From Octopus vulgaris (Eukaryota), in the NCBI GenBank assembly GCA_951406725.2, contig OX597822.1, positions 19,344,001 through 19,408,000 on the forward strand: a stretch of DNA of 64,000 nt, given 5' to 3'. Each line of letters opens with the position of its first letter. Positions within the stretch are counted from its first letter, which is position 1. The position numbers and the translations under genes were made by a program. A model generated the notes under the pieces. It had not been told where the DNA came from. It searched no databases and was given only the letters and a program-made list of their open reading frames with translations. This document shows, in pieces, positions 1 through 13,549 of this stretch.

Positions 1-311
1 TGTTTCTCCTTGTTGATAACACAATGTCCTATTTATGTTTTAATCCTGACAAATAGCATTTTTGAAAGTATACTTAAAATATAAGTGTTGTTCTTGGTTT
101 CAATATTTACCTTGCGCGTGTAAACAAAAGCAGGGTATTGTAATCATTCATATTTGTTTGTTTGTCTGTGTGTTTGCAAAATTACTGGGGAACAGCTGAA
201 TGGATTTTCACCAAATTTGGCAGAAATACTCATTGGGAGAGTGGCTCAAAATGATGAAAATTTGGTCTGATTATTTTCAGACATACATAAATACATACAT
301 AGATATGCAAC

Positions 312-365
<54 letters not shown>

Positions 366-1634
366 TGTACAGTGATGGATTCGAGGGTTTTGTTTATTTA
401 TGAGTTGGTTTCTTAATTTATAATTTATTTACGAGTTGATTTCTTAATTTATAAAGTATAAATGCCTCTAATGCTGATATTTAGAAATAAAATTAATTCA
501 GTTCAATTAAAAAGCATGGGTAAGCAATGCATTGTAAGCTACACTATAATTTGCAAAAAAAAATTATCTGCGTGCAAGGTGTGCACTGCCCTTCTGATAC
601 CTTTCTTTTTCATTTATTAATAAAAGTGTGAAGGTAGATGGCATTGTGGTTAGGGTGTTGCTCTCATAATCACAAGATCATGGTTTCAATAGCTAGACTG
701 GCAGTGCATTGTATTCTTGAACAAAACACTCCATTTCCTGTTGCTCCAGTCCACTCAGCTGTAAATAGGTAACCTTGTGATAGACTGGTATTCCATTTAA
801 CCCTTTTGTTACCATATTTCTGTTGAGATGCTCTTTGTTTCTTTCAATTAATTTTAGATATAACGAAAAATTAGTAAAATAATTTAGTTTATCATTAAGC
901 TAGTGTTAGGAACATAAATTGTGATTAAGGTTTGGTGGAAGATTTTAATTTAGAACTTTTGAAAACAAGACATTTGTACTACAGAGCCAGAGGCGGTTTC
1001 AGCCAGGTTGGTATCAAAAGGATTTTGACTGCATCATTCGAAAGCTACAACAATGCAAAGATGAGCATTGTGACTGGTGGTATATAATATCAACCACTTT
1101 ACAGCATGTTCTGGGTGCCCTTTTTGCGACACTTGCACCAGTGGGGTTACCAAGTAACTTGCAAGACAAGCCCCCTCAACTGAGTGGGGAGTAGTGTTGA
1201 GGGAGGTAGTCTTATGCCAAGTAGTGCAAGGTTAAAGTACGATAAAAGGACAGGAACAGGTGTCTCAATGTGGGGGAAATTCATGGTTACCTCATTTGGG
1301 AAAGAAAGGAGATGGTGGTGAAGGTGTGTGAGGGCATATCCTCAAGTTACAGAAAGTTGAACGTAAGAGATGTATGGACAGGGAGGGAGAGTTGCAGATG
1401 GATAGAGAAGGAGATTGAGGGGAGTGCAGTGAGGAGTGGGCATGGATTGAGGCATGGTCAATCATGAATATCAGTTAGAACAGCAGACAGAGGAAGCAGA
1501 TGTGGATTAAAAAGTAATATGAGACAGTAAAAATGTGTGTGTGTATGTGTGTAATATATATATATATATATATATATATACGTTTAAATATTTGTTGTGC
1601 AAGATTTTTTATGTGAAGTCGTGTGTTGAAACAG

Positions 1635-2075
1635 ATATTGTTATATTTCGGAATGGTCATATTGCCAGTTTAGCCAATAAAAACACACGCACTATATATT
1701 TGGTGTTATTTTGCTTCAGTGATATTTATTTTTTACATTAATCTTAATCTTATTTCGGCCAAAGTTCTTTCGTCACACTCCTGTGACCACATCAGTGGTC
1801 CTTTGTTTTCTTCTCACTTATTTGTGTCTCTCCTTACTAACCGTCAGCCATTTTGAATTTCTATTGTATGTCTTCATTTGCGCATGCTTATATCTCTATG
1901 TGCGTCTATGTTTATTTAGTGTGTGTGTGGGTCACAGGAGTGTGATGAAAGAACTTTGGCCGAAATAAGATTAAGATTAATGTAAAAAATAAATATCACT
2001 GAAGCAAAATAACACCAAATATATAGTGCATGTGTTTTTATTGGCTAAACTGGCAATATGACCATTCCGAAATAT

Positions 2076-2083
<8 letters not shown>
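1635..2083. repeat. Near-perfect inverted repeat, about 154 bp arms (1635-1788 and 1930-2083) with about 140 bp spacer
   Basis: Arms are reverse complements with 2 visible mismatches, both at CpG sites; (TA)n on both sides. Confidence 0.95.
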
Positions 2084-2119
<36 letters not shown>

Positions 2120-2374
2120 GTATTTATAATATAAGGGTAAATAATTATTAATTTCAAAATCAACAATTTTTTCCGTATGGAAATATAACCATTATCGGTA
2201 GGAACCTTTTTAAAAGGTTTTATATATATATAAGTAAAATTTTGGAGGGAAAATACGAATTCATTTGTCTATATGGATTTAGCCTGTGTTAATTGTCTCA
2301 TGCTATCTCCGATGGCACAAGGTCAGAAAGCAAGAGGTATGTAAGTTAAGATTTGTAAATCTATCTAAAGGAAT

Positions 2375-2434
2375 GTTACGCTGAAGAAGGGAATGGATTT
2401 GTTTATAATTCTGACCCAGAAACGCATCTGTAAC
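2375..2434 (+). ncRNA. Decayed hammerhead ribozyme motif
   Basis: GTTACG-CTGAAGA-aggg...ccca-GAAAC-gc-aTC-tGTAAC. Both deviations are transitions at inferred CpGs. Confidence 0.5.
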
Positions 2435-3104
2435 AAACCGAAGACTTTGTTTTCGTTATCTTTCATCCTGTTTTACATATGTGAGTTACATGTATATGTT
2501 ATATGTGGAGTTATATTTGTAGAAAATAGAAAGAAGCAGTCTTTGACTGCTATTTCAAATTTTTCGTTATGTGGCTAAGCAGCCTGTTGCTTGCCCTTTT
2601 TATTTATATATATTACTCTTTACTCTTTTACTTGTTTCAGTCATTTTGACTGTGGCCATGCTGGAGCACCAACTTTAGTCGAGCAAATCGACCCCGGGAC
2701 TTATTCTTTGTAAGCCCAGTACTTATTCTATCAGTCTCTTTTGCCAAACCACTAAGTGACGGGGACGTAAACACACCAGCATCAGTTGTCAAGCAATGCT
2801 AGGGGGGACAAACACATACATACATATATATACATATATACGACAGGCTTCTTTCAGTTTCCGTCTACCAAATCCACTCACAAGGCATTGGTCGGCCCGG
2901 GGCTATAGCAGAAGACACTTGCCCAAGATGCCATGCAGTGGGACTGAACCTGGAACCATGTGGTTAGTTAACAAGCTACTTACCACACAGATGTATGTTG
3001 ATGCAAACAGGAGAAACAGAACCCAGACTATGACTCTGTATATCTTTATTAATATTTAGCAGAAGTAACAAAATGACTCAAGGTCTGAGAGTTTTGTGCA
3101 TTGG

Positions 3105-3314
3105 CACTTTGAAAAGTTCCTGGCTTTAAGAGTATTGCAAAAGGTCTGGTTGGAGGCCAAACCTTCCAAGTTCTTTTACAGATCTTAGAAAAACTGAAGG
3201 ACTGCTGTAATAAGAGTGTGGATCTGAGAGGGAAATATGTTGAACAAAATCATAATTAACTGATCCTCCAGTATTTTCTTTTATCCAAAGCCAGGAACTT
3301 TCCAGCAAACCCCT
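3105..3314. mobile_element. Mariner-type MITE
   Basis: Inverted ends aaagttcctggcttt / aaagccaggaacttt. Confidence 0.65.
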
Positions 3315-6300
3315 GTGTCATTACCATCATATATCATTCTCATCATCATCATCATCAGCAGCAGCAACATTTAATGTCCACCTTCTATGCTGGCATGGGT
3401 TGGATGATTTGACAGGAGCCGACCAGGCAGAAGACTACAACAGGTTTCTGTGCCTGTTTTGGCATGGTCTTTATGGCTGAATGCCCTTCCTAACACCAGC
3501 CACCCTGCAGAGTGGGGTATATATATATGGTTCAAATTTACAGAAAACAAAAAAAGAGACAGGTAAGAGAACAACAAGAAGGTGTATTAGTTTGATGCTC
3601 AGGAAAAACGGAAAAGTCTTTGACACTTTGAACCTATGCTCTTTGACAGAAGGGGAAGAAAGGAAAAAAATCAACTGGGTGAGAAAAAATTGTGTCAGGA
3701 TTAATAGTACCACATATTGAGATGACTGGAAGAAAGAGGCCGCTGGAAGGAGAAATAACAGTGACCCAGCTGAACTGGGGTGTACAGGTGCATGTATGTA
3801 AAGATTGGTGTGTGTGAGCAAACTTAAAATTATGAAAACCTGACAGGTATGATTAAGAAGCTTGCATTCCAACCATGTGGTCTCAGGTCCAACCTCATGT
3901 GTGGTACTTTGGGCAAATATTCTCTGGCCTGATCAAAGCTTTGGAAGTGGATCTAGTAGACAGAGATTGAAAGAAGTCTGTTGCAAATGTATATGGATGG
4001 GTGTGTTTTTCTGTATATCCTTGTTTTAACATCACATGATAGATGTAAATAAGCATCACCACAATACGAGCAACATTGTTTGTTTCTAATCTTTTATGGT
4101 AAACCATATCTGGATGTGGGGAAATATAACTTTGCTTGAAAACAGGTGAAGGTTGTTGACAGCAAGTGCATCTAACTATAGAAATTCTACTTCAACAAAG
4201 TCCATCTAATCCATGCAAGCATAGTAGAGATTGCTATGGCTCAATTTCTACAAAACAAATTCCGTTTTAAAGTGATCTTAATTAGAACATTTTATCAAAA
4301 TTTTACTAAATTCTTTACTATTTTCAAAATTAATTGAAACAAAGGTAAAAAGGGTTAAAAAAAGAATCCCAGTACATTAGCATTTGGAAATCGCTGATAT
4401 AGTCTTTCCTGACCCCTACTATTCACTGGTGCCATTTTTGACATTTCGTAACACTTACTAACGACATTAACCTTGTGAAAGGAAACACTTCCGATTTCCT
4501 ATGCCCTTGTTTAATACCATCAAAATTGAGCTTTCGATATAAACTAATTTCTAATTATATCGGCGACCCAAGTCACAAAACTGTTAATTCACTTGTGTTA
4601 GGTTAAATAAAAAATTAACTGTTATTGCTGGCTATTAATCGTACAGCTAGTCTTCGGGATAATAGTTAAAAACTGGAAAGATAAAAATGAAACACCTGCT
4701 CCAGTTCTAAAATAATAATAGGTATTTGTAAAAATGAGTTTTTTTAATGCTGACTATAAAAATTAAGTAAAAGAGTTGTGCCGTAATTAACTCAAAATGA
4801 GATTTGTATAAGAACATGGTTTAATCGAAATACCGAAACGAAAACAAACTGTTCACTATTTAAAGAAAACAATTTACTTTAAGGAGATAAATCTTTTGAT
4901 TTTAAAAATACACGTTTTATGAATTGAGAAAAAATTCAGTTAATTTATAAGTATTTTAGCCAATCTTTCACTTTTATTAAATGCAACGTTGAAAAACCTC
5001 ATTAATTATAAAATGTAATCGTATATAAGAGTCAGCAGAAATTTCGAAAAGTTTCCACCTTTTTTAACTTCTGAAATTATTGCATCAATCAAAACGGTTG
5101 ACAATTCGCAATTTCTGCATTAGAGCTTTTTTTATTTCTGTTTATTTTGTTGTTTTATGTTAGCCATTTCCATAAGTGTTTTTAAAATGAAAGTATTCCC
5201 ATCCTAAGGAAAATGAAAAAAATAATGAAAACCGAATAAACAATATTTTTTGTTTCGTTTCGTTATTTCAAGTAATTCATATTTTTATATATTTCTCATT
5301 CTCTCTGAGGTAGTTCGCAAAACATTATTTATAAATGCATAATAAAATCATTTGATTTATTTTAAATGATTAACTTACAGGAGCTTCTATAATATTTATT
5401 TTTCGTAACCGACAGCCTAAAAACCTACCAATAACCTAGAAGTTTCGTATTGAAAGCTGATTAAATATTCAAGGGAAGCAACCATCAGAAGCTACAGATT
5501 TACTGGTTTCAATTCAATATTTCTCTATGTTCCGTTTTTATTTCAAATAACAAATTAAAGAACACATATAAAACACTTTATATCTTTAGGATATTGTCCA
5601 AGAATGAGCAACAGAAGAACTATAGGTTTTTAAATAAACTATGTAGACATTAATAAAATATTTAGTTCCTTATATTGTTAGTGTTCGTTTACAATTTAGA
5701 ATAATCCTGTGCCAGAAGGATATTTCATTTAAAATTAATTGAAATAATACTATATCTGAATAAAGGAACAAAAAAAAAATCGGGATGAAAATGTGAGAAA
5801 AAATCGTTCATTATGGTTGCTCATAAAGTAAATGAAATCTCTGGTACGTATGCATTTTATTTGATATGAAATGTTTGGATAGTTTTACCGTTTTCATAAA
5901 TGTTGAGTCATCTTGTTTATGTGTGTGTGATCCCACATGCTAAAGTTCGTGTGCATTTTTCTTGTTAATTGCAAAGATAATGCGAGAATGTAATGAATTT
6001 AAGACAATAGGCGATCAGTACATTCAAAATGATTTTGATTCGATTTGGACAACATTTATGTCTTATGTTATTTGGTCGTATGAATTGCATGTTCATTTTG
6101 TCAAGAAATTACGATTGAAACGATGAGACACCAGATTAATTATATTGCAGTATTTTGTTATGTCCATTCTCATTCTGAGAACTAATCTCATTTTATTTGT
6201 TTCATCTCATTTGACCCTTCTTCTACAAATAATTCCAGCGCTTTTCCGTTTTGCCTCTCCCACCTACACTAAGCCGGGCCTTGTTAACAGTATTGTAAAT

Positions 6301-8194
6301 CCCATGCAAAGCAATATATTGGATCCCTGCATGTACAACCTACATGAATGTTGCAGCATACGTAGATTAGCAATGGGTTCTTAGATCCATGTCCCTGCCC
6401 AGCAACTATCCAGTTGTGCTCATGCCTTAAAACGGTACTAATCTATAGAATGTAAAGAGATCGATGATTTTTCACAAGCAGTTTATTGAAAGACATTACC
6501 ATCGAGAACAAATACTTTTCTCCAAAGTAAAATCTTGCCTAGGAAAAATGTGTTTCTTTACAAAGGCATACTACATCTCTGGATGTATCCATCTTCGGGT
6601 CTTCGTTTCCTCACCAGAACTACGAAAAGTGAAATGTGGTGAAGAAGGTTGGAGTAGTTTTATCTAACACAGTATCTTAGCCCTTTGTCATCTCCTTATC
6701 ATCATCAATTTGATGTCCACTTTTCAATGCTTGCATGGGTTGAATGGAGTTCACCGAAGCAAATTTTCTACAACCCTCACTTGTTTCCTAGAAAGGTAAT
6801 ATTTTCCCATGGCCAGACATGTTCCCACCAAAGACAGGAAATGGAGTACACCACTTTTATAACAGTGACCCTTGTTTACAACTATCGTGCAATACCAAGA
6901 CATGGAGAAACAAACTTAAACACACATATCAACTACAGGCTCAGATCTGTGGTAAAAGACACTTGTCCAAGATGTCATGCAGTGTAGCTGAACCTAAAAC
7001 CATGTGTTTGGGAAACAAGTTCTTAACTACACACCTGTGATTGCACCTTCATATAAAAATAAATAAATAAAAGAAGTGAAACAATAGGCAAACTGTAAAA
7101 CAACTCACAACTTCCATATTTTGCCAACATACAGAACAATTACTGATTTGTGAGACAATGATAGAACCATGATTGGTTTGCCTGTTACAGCAGCCAAAGC
7201 TCATTCCAGTTACATTCTGCATTCTTAAATAAAGAGTACACTGGATATGGTAATCCTAGGTTCTGTTACAAAGAGTAAAGTGGTCACAGCTAGAATGCCT
7301 TCAATCATAAGTATGTTTGAAGAGGTGCTGTGATGACATGTTGTGATTCACAGCTAGATCCTTTTGGCCTGAGTGTTAATCTACATTATCCAGGATGATA
7401 AAGCTGTCCCCCACCCAATGTCTAAATAACAAAGGCTTCTTTATTCATAAACATACTACAACCATTATTTCACCCCTGGAATTCTCTCTCTATGGCTGAT
7501 ATTACAATAATTTCTCGTCTTCTGAACCAGTTGTACTATTCGTGTCAAATCCATTTGATTCTTCTTATCCTCATATTAAACGCTTGTTATTCTTGAATCC
7601 ACTATAATCCTTATCGGCTGGCTCACAGATGTTTGAGATGAACTTCGTATTAATCAGCCTCACTCAGCAACATCTATCTAGAGATACTATGACCATTATT
7701 TTTAGATGAATTAGTTGTAAACAAATTGCTGAAAAGATGTTAGTTAAGAGATTTTGTTGTTTGTATCATTATATTACATATTGTAATAGGCATGTGATTG
7801 TGTGGTAAGAAGCTTGCTTCCCAACCAGAAGGTTCTGGGTTCAATCCCACTGCATGGCTCCTTGGCCAAGTGTCTTCTGCTATAGTCATGGGCCAACCAA
7901 AGCCTTGTGAGTGGATTTGATAGATGGAAACTGAAAGAGGCCTGTCAAATATATATATATGTGTTTGTGACCCCCACCATCACTGCTTGACAACTGGTGT
8001 TGGTATGTTTACACCCCTGTGACTTAGCAGTTTGGCAAAAGATATCGATAGAATAAGTACTAGGCTTAACAAATAAGTCCTGGGGTTGATTTGTTTGACT
8101 AAAACCCTTCAAGGTGGTGCTCCAGCATGACCACAATCATGATTGAAACAAATAAAAGAATTGTATGTATGTATATGCATGCATATATGTCTAT

Positions 8195-8945
8195 TTTGGT
8201 CCTTAGTCATCTCTTCTGCGAGGCTCAACATCTGAAGATAATTTTTCACCACTTCATCCCACATCTGGGTTTTCCTCTTCCACAGGAAAATTGGAATTTT
8301 TTTATGCACCTGTCTCTTTACATATGCATCAAATGGCTATACTAGCACAGTCTTTTCTCTTGCACACTACATCTGATGCCTCTTATACACAATTTTTCTC
8401 TCAACATCATAACATATTGTCATACATTGCACATCCAATGCAGCATGCTGGGTTCATTTCTTTCACACCTCCATGTGTTATCTACATTCACAGTCAACAT
8501 TTCACTATGTAACATAGCTGTTAGTACACAAGCATCCTACAATCTGTCTTTCTCTCTAATGCAGAGACCATTTGTTACCAACAAATGTAAAGGCTCTCGG
8601 AACTTTGCCCAGCTGGTTCTAATTCTAGTAACTATGCTTTCAGAGCATCCTCCGCCACTGCTGATTTCATCACCTTGGTAACAGAAACTATCTACTATCT
8701 CTAAGAAACCCCTGGGCATTTGAAAATATTAGTTTCTTGTGTTAGTGTTAATTGTTCCTGTGCATCTGTCACCCACAAAGACTGCTTTCTCTGCTAACGT
8801 TCCGGTGATTCCACTGCTCCTTTTAAGTGTCCATAGCTTGTACTGGGTACACCATATGGAATTTCTACCTTCACCTTTTCTACATAGCATGCAGGGCCAT
8901 TTCCCTAAAAGAATAAGTAATTTGTCTACTTTCTTGCTTGAGATG
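8195..8945 (-). mobile_element. Degenerate RTE LINE fragment
   Basis: Peptides GKWPCMLCRKGEGRNSIWC and LEIVDSFCYQGDEISSGGGC homologous to the long RTE copies, with frameshifts. Confidence 0.85.
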
Positions 8946-9733
8946 ATTGGCAATTTACTGTGCTTGAATGAACCTGTCTAACTAGGTAAAATCAAAACTG
9001 TAAAGGCATTTCATTTATGTCCATTCCCTGCACACAGTCTGTCCTTATCAAACCTCTCCTCCAACAACCCATCTGCCTGACACCTACCCTATCCCTTCAC
9101 CTAGGTTCACCACTTGCTGTAATCTCCTCCCATCAGTCTCCCTTTGCACCCTCGCAAACCAATCAGCACACAATGTGTTCCAGTCAAATCTTTTTCTCAT
9201 ATACCCCACTAATATTCTCTCCCTCTATTTCTGTCCACTCACACTTTCCTTCCCTTCCGTTTTCCCTTCACACTCTTATGAACTTACCCATCCTTGGTAT
9301 TACTTATATAATTCTTACTATAATCTGAGTGTACCCCACCCCATCACATCTTCACTATCAAGTTGCTGTTGTTATTTGAGTTGGAGGTATGAATATGTGG
9401 TTAAAAAGTTTAATTTTTCAACTGTGTGGTTCCAGTCACATTCCCAATGCATGGCACCTTTGACCTATGGTTTCCATAGTCTCGAGTTGATTATTGCCTT
9501 GTGTGGAGATTAGATTTAGCAAACAGAGGTGGTGCAAAGGTTAATTATGTGTTTTATGTGAGTTACATTGTCATGGTATGGCTGTGTGGTTAAGTAGATT
9601 GCTTCTCAACAACATTGATGTAGGTTCAGTCCCACAGTATGGCACCCTAGGTAAGTATCTTTTACTATAGCCCAGGCTGACCAATGCCTTTGAGTGGTTT
9701 TGGTAGTTGGAAAGTGAAAGAAGTTCATTATCA

Positions 9734-9878
9734 GATTCCATGCTACTTCAAGTTGTGAGGGCCCAAACGGAGCCTTTCTCATTAGGCTGGTAATAATCTC
9801 TGACGGATTATTACCAGCCTGATGAGAAAGGCTCCATTACAGCCAAGAGCTTTCAAAACTCGAAGTAGCATGGAATCC
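9734..9878. repeat. Fold-back element whose two arms are decayed hammerhead motifs
   Basis: Outer arms gattccatgctacttc/gaagtagcatggaatc; inner arms ggagcctttctcattaggctggtaataatc/gattattaccagcctgatgagaaaggctcc. Right arm reads ccagc-CTGATGA-gaaaggctc...gagctttc-aAAAC-tcgaa-GTA-gcatgg. Confidence 0.75.
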
Positions 9879-12240
9879 AAATCAAGCTGTTTTGAATAAT
9901 ATATATATATATATTCAACTATCTCTTTCACATTAACAGTTTAGATCTTAATTATAAAAAAATATGAAACCATTATTCTATGCTAATTAAGTTAATTTTG
10001 TCAAGCTTCCTTTTCAGTTTGTAAGATAGAAAGAAATTTATATGTTTAAAAAATGTTTTAAAAGAAATTTAAAGTGCCTACGTGATAACAGTAAACCTAC
10101 TTTTTGGTCTCCCTGTATATATCTTTTTCTCTTTTATTTGTTTCAGTCATTTGACTGCAGCCATGCTGGAGCACCGCCTTTAGGGACTTATTCTTTGTAA
10201 GCTCAGTACTTATTCTATCGGTCTCTTAGCTGAACCGCTAAGTTACGGGGACATAAACACACCAGCATCGTTTGTCAAGCAATGCTAGGGGGACAGACAC
10301 ACACACATACATATATATATACATATATATGACGGGCTTCTTTGAATTTCCGTCTACCAAATCCGCTCACAAGGCTTTGGTTGGCCCAAGGCTATAGTGG
10401 AAGACACTTGCCCAAGATGCCACGCAGTGGGACTGAACCCGGAGCCATGTGGTTGGTAAGCAAGCTACTTACCACACAGCCACTCCTGTGCCTATATATA
10501 TAAAACGTGTGCGTATCCTTGTCCTAACATTACATGATAATTATAAGTGTCAATGTCATTCGTTTGTAGTCTGTGAAAAACATGTCTGCTTATGGCAAAA
10601 TTATCACCTTACTTGGAAGCAGGTGAGGGTCAGTGACAGGAAGGATATCTAGCCATAGCAAATCTGCTTCAAAATTCCGTTTAACTCATGCAAATATAGA
10701 AAAGTGAATGGTAAAATGATGTTGATATATGTATATATTTTTGGGCATCCCTACAGATGTGTACCCCATGACTTTGTTTCCTCATAACTTTCAGAAAATG
10801 GATATTTTTTTGATGAAATTTTCTACAAATATATTTCTGATGATGTAGATTGTCATTATATCGAAATATATGCTGAAAAACTTTTTCTGAGGCTCTGGTG
10901 AGGAGTTTCGGAAAATTCACACAAAACGGTTTCCTTTACTCATAACTTTCAGAAAAATGAGTAATTTTTAATGAAATTTTGTACAAATACTTTTCCGAGT
11001 GTGTAAACTACGATTGTATCGGAATTTGATTGAAAAGTAAAATAGTGAGCATACACACAACATACTGACACACATCACAATTTTTTCCGAAATTTCAAGT
11101 CTCATTTTTTAGATCCAGTACTTTTGTATTGAGAACCAAGGGGACGTAACTAAATACTGCACTATCTACTCTAGCTTTGCACGTCTTCTATTACATTGGT
11201 TTGCTGTATATATTGGTTATTGTAGGTCAATCCTTGTCGAGTAGATCTGTTATTAAAGAACATCCATTTGTGACCATTCGGTTTCTTTTTTTTATATTTA
11301 GCGTAGTGAAAGTATATAGCCCAGAGGTTAGAATGTTGGGTCATGATCATAAAGGTTGGTTCAATTCCTGGACAAAGCAGCACACTTAATTTCATAGTGC
11401 TCCACTTTACTCAGCTCAAGAAGAGGAGTAAGTATCTGTCTGTCACATTCTGGATGCTCCGTTTGGTCCAGAGAGAGAGGACCAAGACGATGTTTACTCC
11501 TACTTATTAAAGCAATTATCGAAAGCATCATACAAGTCATCAAACGCCATGCGCTTGCCAGTGATTGCTGTACTGTACTAGTATATCTAGGACTACATTA
11601 GTTAATGTTACTTCTTGTATTTTAAATGCTCAGTTATGACGAGGGAAAATTTGGCTGCTATTCCTAGCGGAACTTGTTCGTTGGCTTGTTTTAGAAGTTA
11701 TCTTATTTTTAAATCAGGATGCTCTTCTCAAACTGAGAAGCGAAAGTAATCATTAAAAAGAAATTAATTTAGTTCCATTGTTATAATTTTATCGTGTTTT
11801 ATAACAAGAAAACAATTGAATTTTGCTCCAACCTACTCCTCGTCTCCTTTGTCCTATTTATTGTAAATTGTATTAAGTGGTGCTTGCATTCCTTCGAAAC
11901 CACTTCCTGTTTTGGAAAATTCATTAAAATAAATGCTTTCTAATTTAGTCACCAGACCAGCAGTTTCGAGTAGAGGTGTTTAGTCGATAATATTGATCCT
12001 CAGTACTTAACTGGTACTTATTTTTTCCTGTGGGATGAAAAGCAAAGTTGACTTTTGTATGATTTGAATTCTGAATGTGGAAAAGACGAAACAAATATCG
12101 TTGAGTATATCCGGTGTTCTAACGATTTTGCCACCTCGCAATGCTTCTAATATAAGCGTAAGAAGAGCCGGAAAAAAGTAATTTTGTCCGAAATTCTACT
12201 CTGGAATAATAAATAAATAAGACTATTTAATTAAGGTTTT

Positions 12241-12569
12241 GGCGATCTTTCGTCTCTAGTAGACCTTTCCGTCGATTTCCGTAAAAAAATTTTTTTTTTT
12301 ACATATGGGCTTGCGGGAACTTTTGAAGTAATGAGAGCGAAAGACACTAAGAGAAAGCGATTGTATGACGAAGGAAATTCTTTTGAAGTTACCGTGCATG
12401 GGAGCATTGATGTACGTGTGTGTGTGTGAAGAGACAGAGTAATGTGTGAAAGAGAGATAACTGAAATTTTTTACTCGGTGTATGTGTATATGTATGTATG
12501 CATGTATGTGTGTGTGTATATCTATGTATGGAAATCGACGGAAAGGTCTACTAGAGACGAAAGATCGCC
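12241..12569. mobile_element. MITE with perfect 40-bp TIRs and 8-bp TSD (Merlin-like)
   Basis: TIR GGCGATCTTTCGTCTCTAGTAGACCTTTCCGTCGATTTCC at both ends; aaggtttt duplicated at 12233-12240 and 12570-12577. Confidence 0.9.
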
Positions 12570-13394
12570 AAGGTTTTTTTTTTCAATTAATCTAAAAAAA
12601 CAAAACAAAAACATTTTAGTTATGAAATGTATGACAAATAGCTGGGTGGGGGTTAAATTAAAAAAAATAAAAATGCGAATTACAAGTGTTTCAGAATGCC
12701 AAATTTTTATAAAATCACGAAAAAAAAAAAGACAAAAATAATGTTAATAGTGATAGCTATTCTGAAGATACGACGACGAGGTGTGGTGACATTTGAAACT
12801 AATGGATTTTGAACAAAAAAAAAAAAAAGTTAAGCGATTTACAAGTGTTTATGAATTGTGGGACATTGTTAATTGTCGAAAAATCCCAAACCCCCACCAA
12901 GGAAATTCCATTTTATTCGTGACAGCTATTTCCGAAAATCCGCATAAGTTTTTCTAAGTTTCACGTAATGATCTATTTAATACAAAGGTCTATACTCATG
13001 GTTATAATTACAGATAACAATTAAAACTTCTTTTTTCTGATTTTTATACATAATCTTATATATTTAATATCCAAAGAATCATTTTATCCTATGCACCCGG
13101 ATATGTTATTATTAGTTATTATAAGGCAAGCTGGCAGAATCGCTACCGTGCCAGAAAAGTTTCTTATAAATAATCCTTTCTATAATAGGCTTAAGGCCTG
13201 AAATTTGGAGGAAGGATCATTGATTACATCAAGCCAGTATTTAAACTGGTATTTATTTTTTTTCGATCCCGGGAGGATGAAAGGCAAAGTCAACCTCGGC
13301 AGATTTTGAACTCGAAACGTAAAGACAGACGAAATGCTAACGATTCTGCCTGCTTGCCAACTTAAAGTTTCTTATAAATAACAGAAATCTCACA

Positions 13395-13549
13395 GTTACA
13401 TTTCGTTTCGCCTTAGAAAATTGTCTTCTTTTTCTATTCCTTGTTTTACTGTTCCGCGTTTCATTGGTGTTCCGAGTTTAGTTTTACATAAACCCATTGA
13501 AAGTGACACCGTGATGGCGTTGTGAAGGTGAAACCCTAGCGAGGTAAGT
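13395..13549 (+). promoter_or_regulatory. Probable promoter-proximal non-coding first exon of the AURKAIP1-like gene
   Basis: Unique, CpG-retaining sequence; YY1-like GATGGCG at 13513-13519; consensus donor GAG|gtaagt at 13544. The exon at 20516 begins with an acceptor, so an upstream exon is needed. The start position is approximate. Confidence 0.55.

Noticed and set aside
1930-1980. Hammerhead in the arm of the 154-bp inverted repeat (gtgatga...gaaat)
   Set aside because: The core starts GTGA rather than CTGA, and no stem I complement is present.
6145-6667. Short ORFs in unique sequence
   Set aside because: No recognisable domain or consistent splice structure on either strand.
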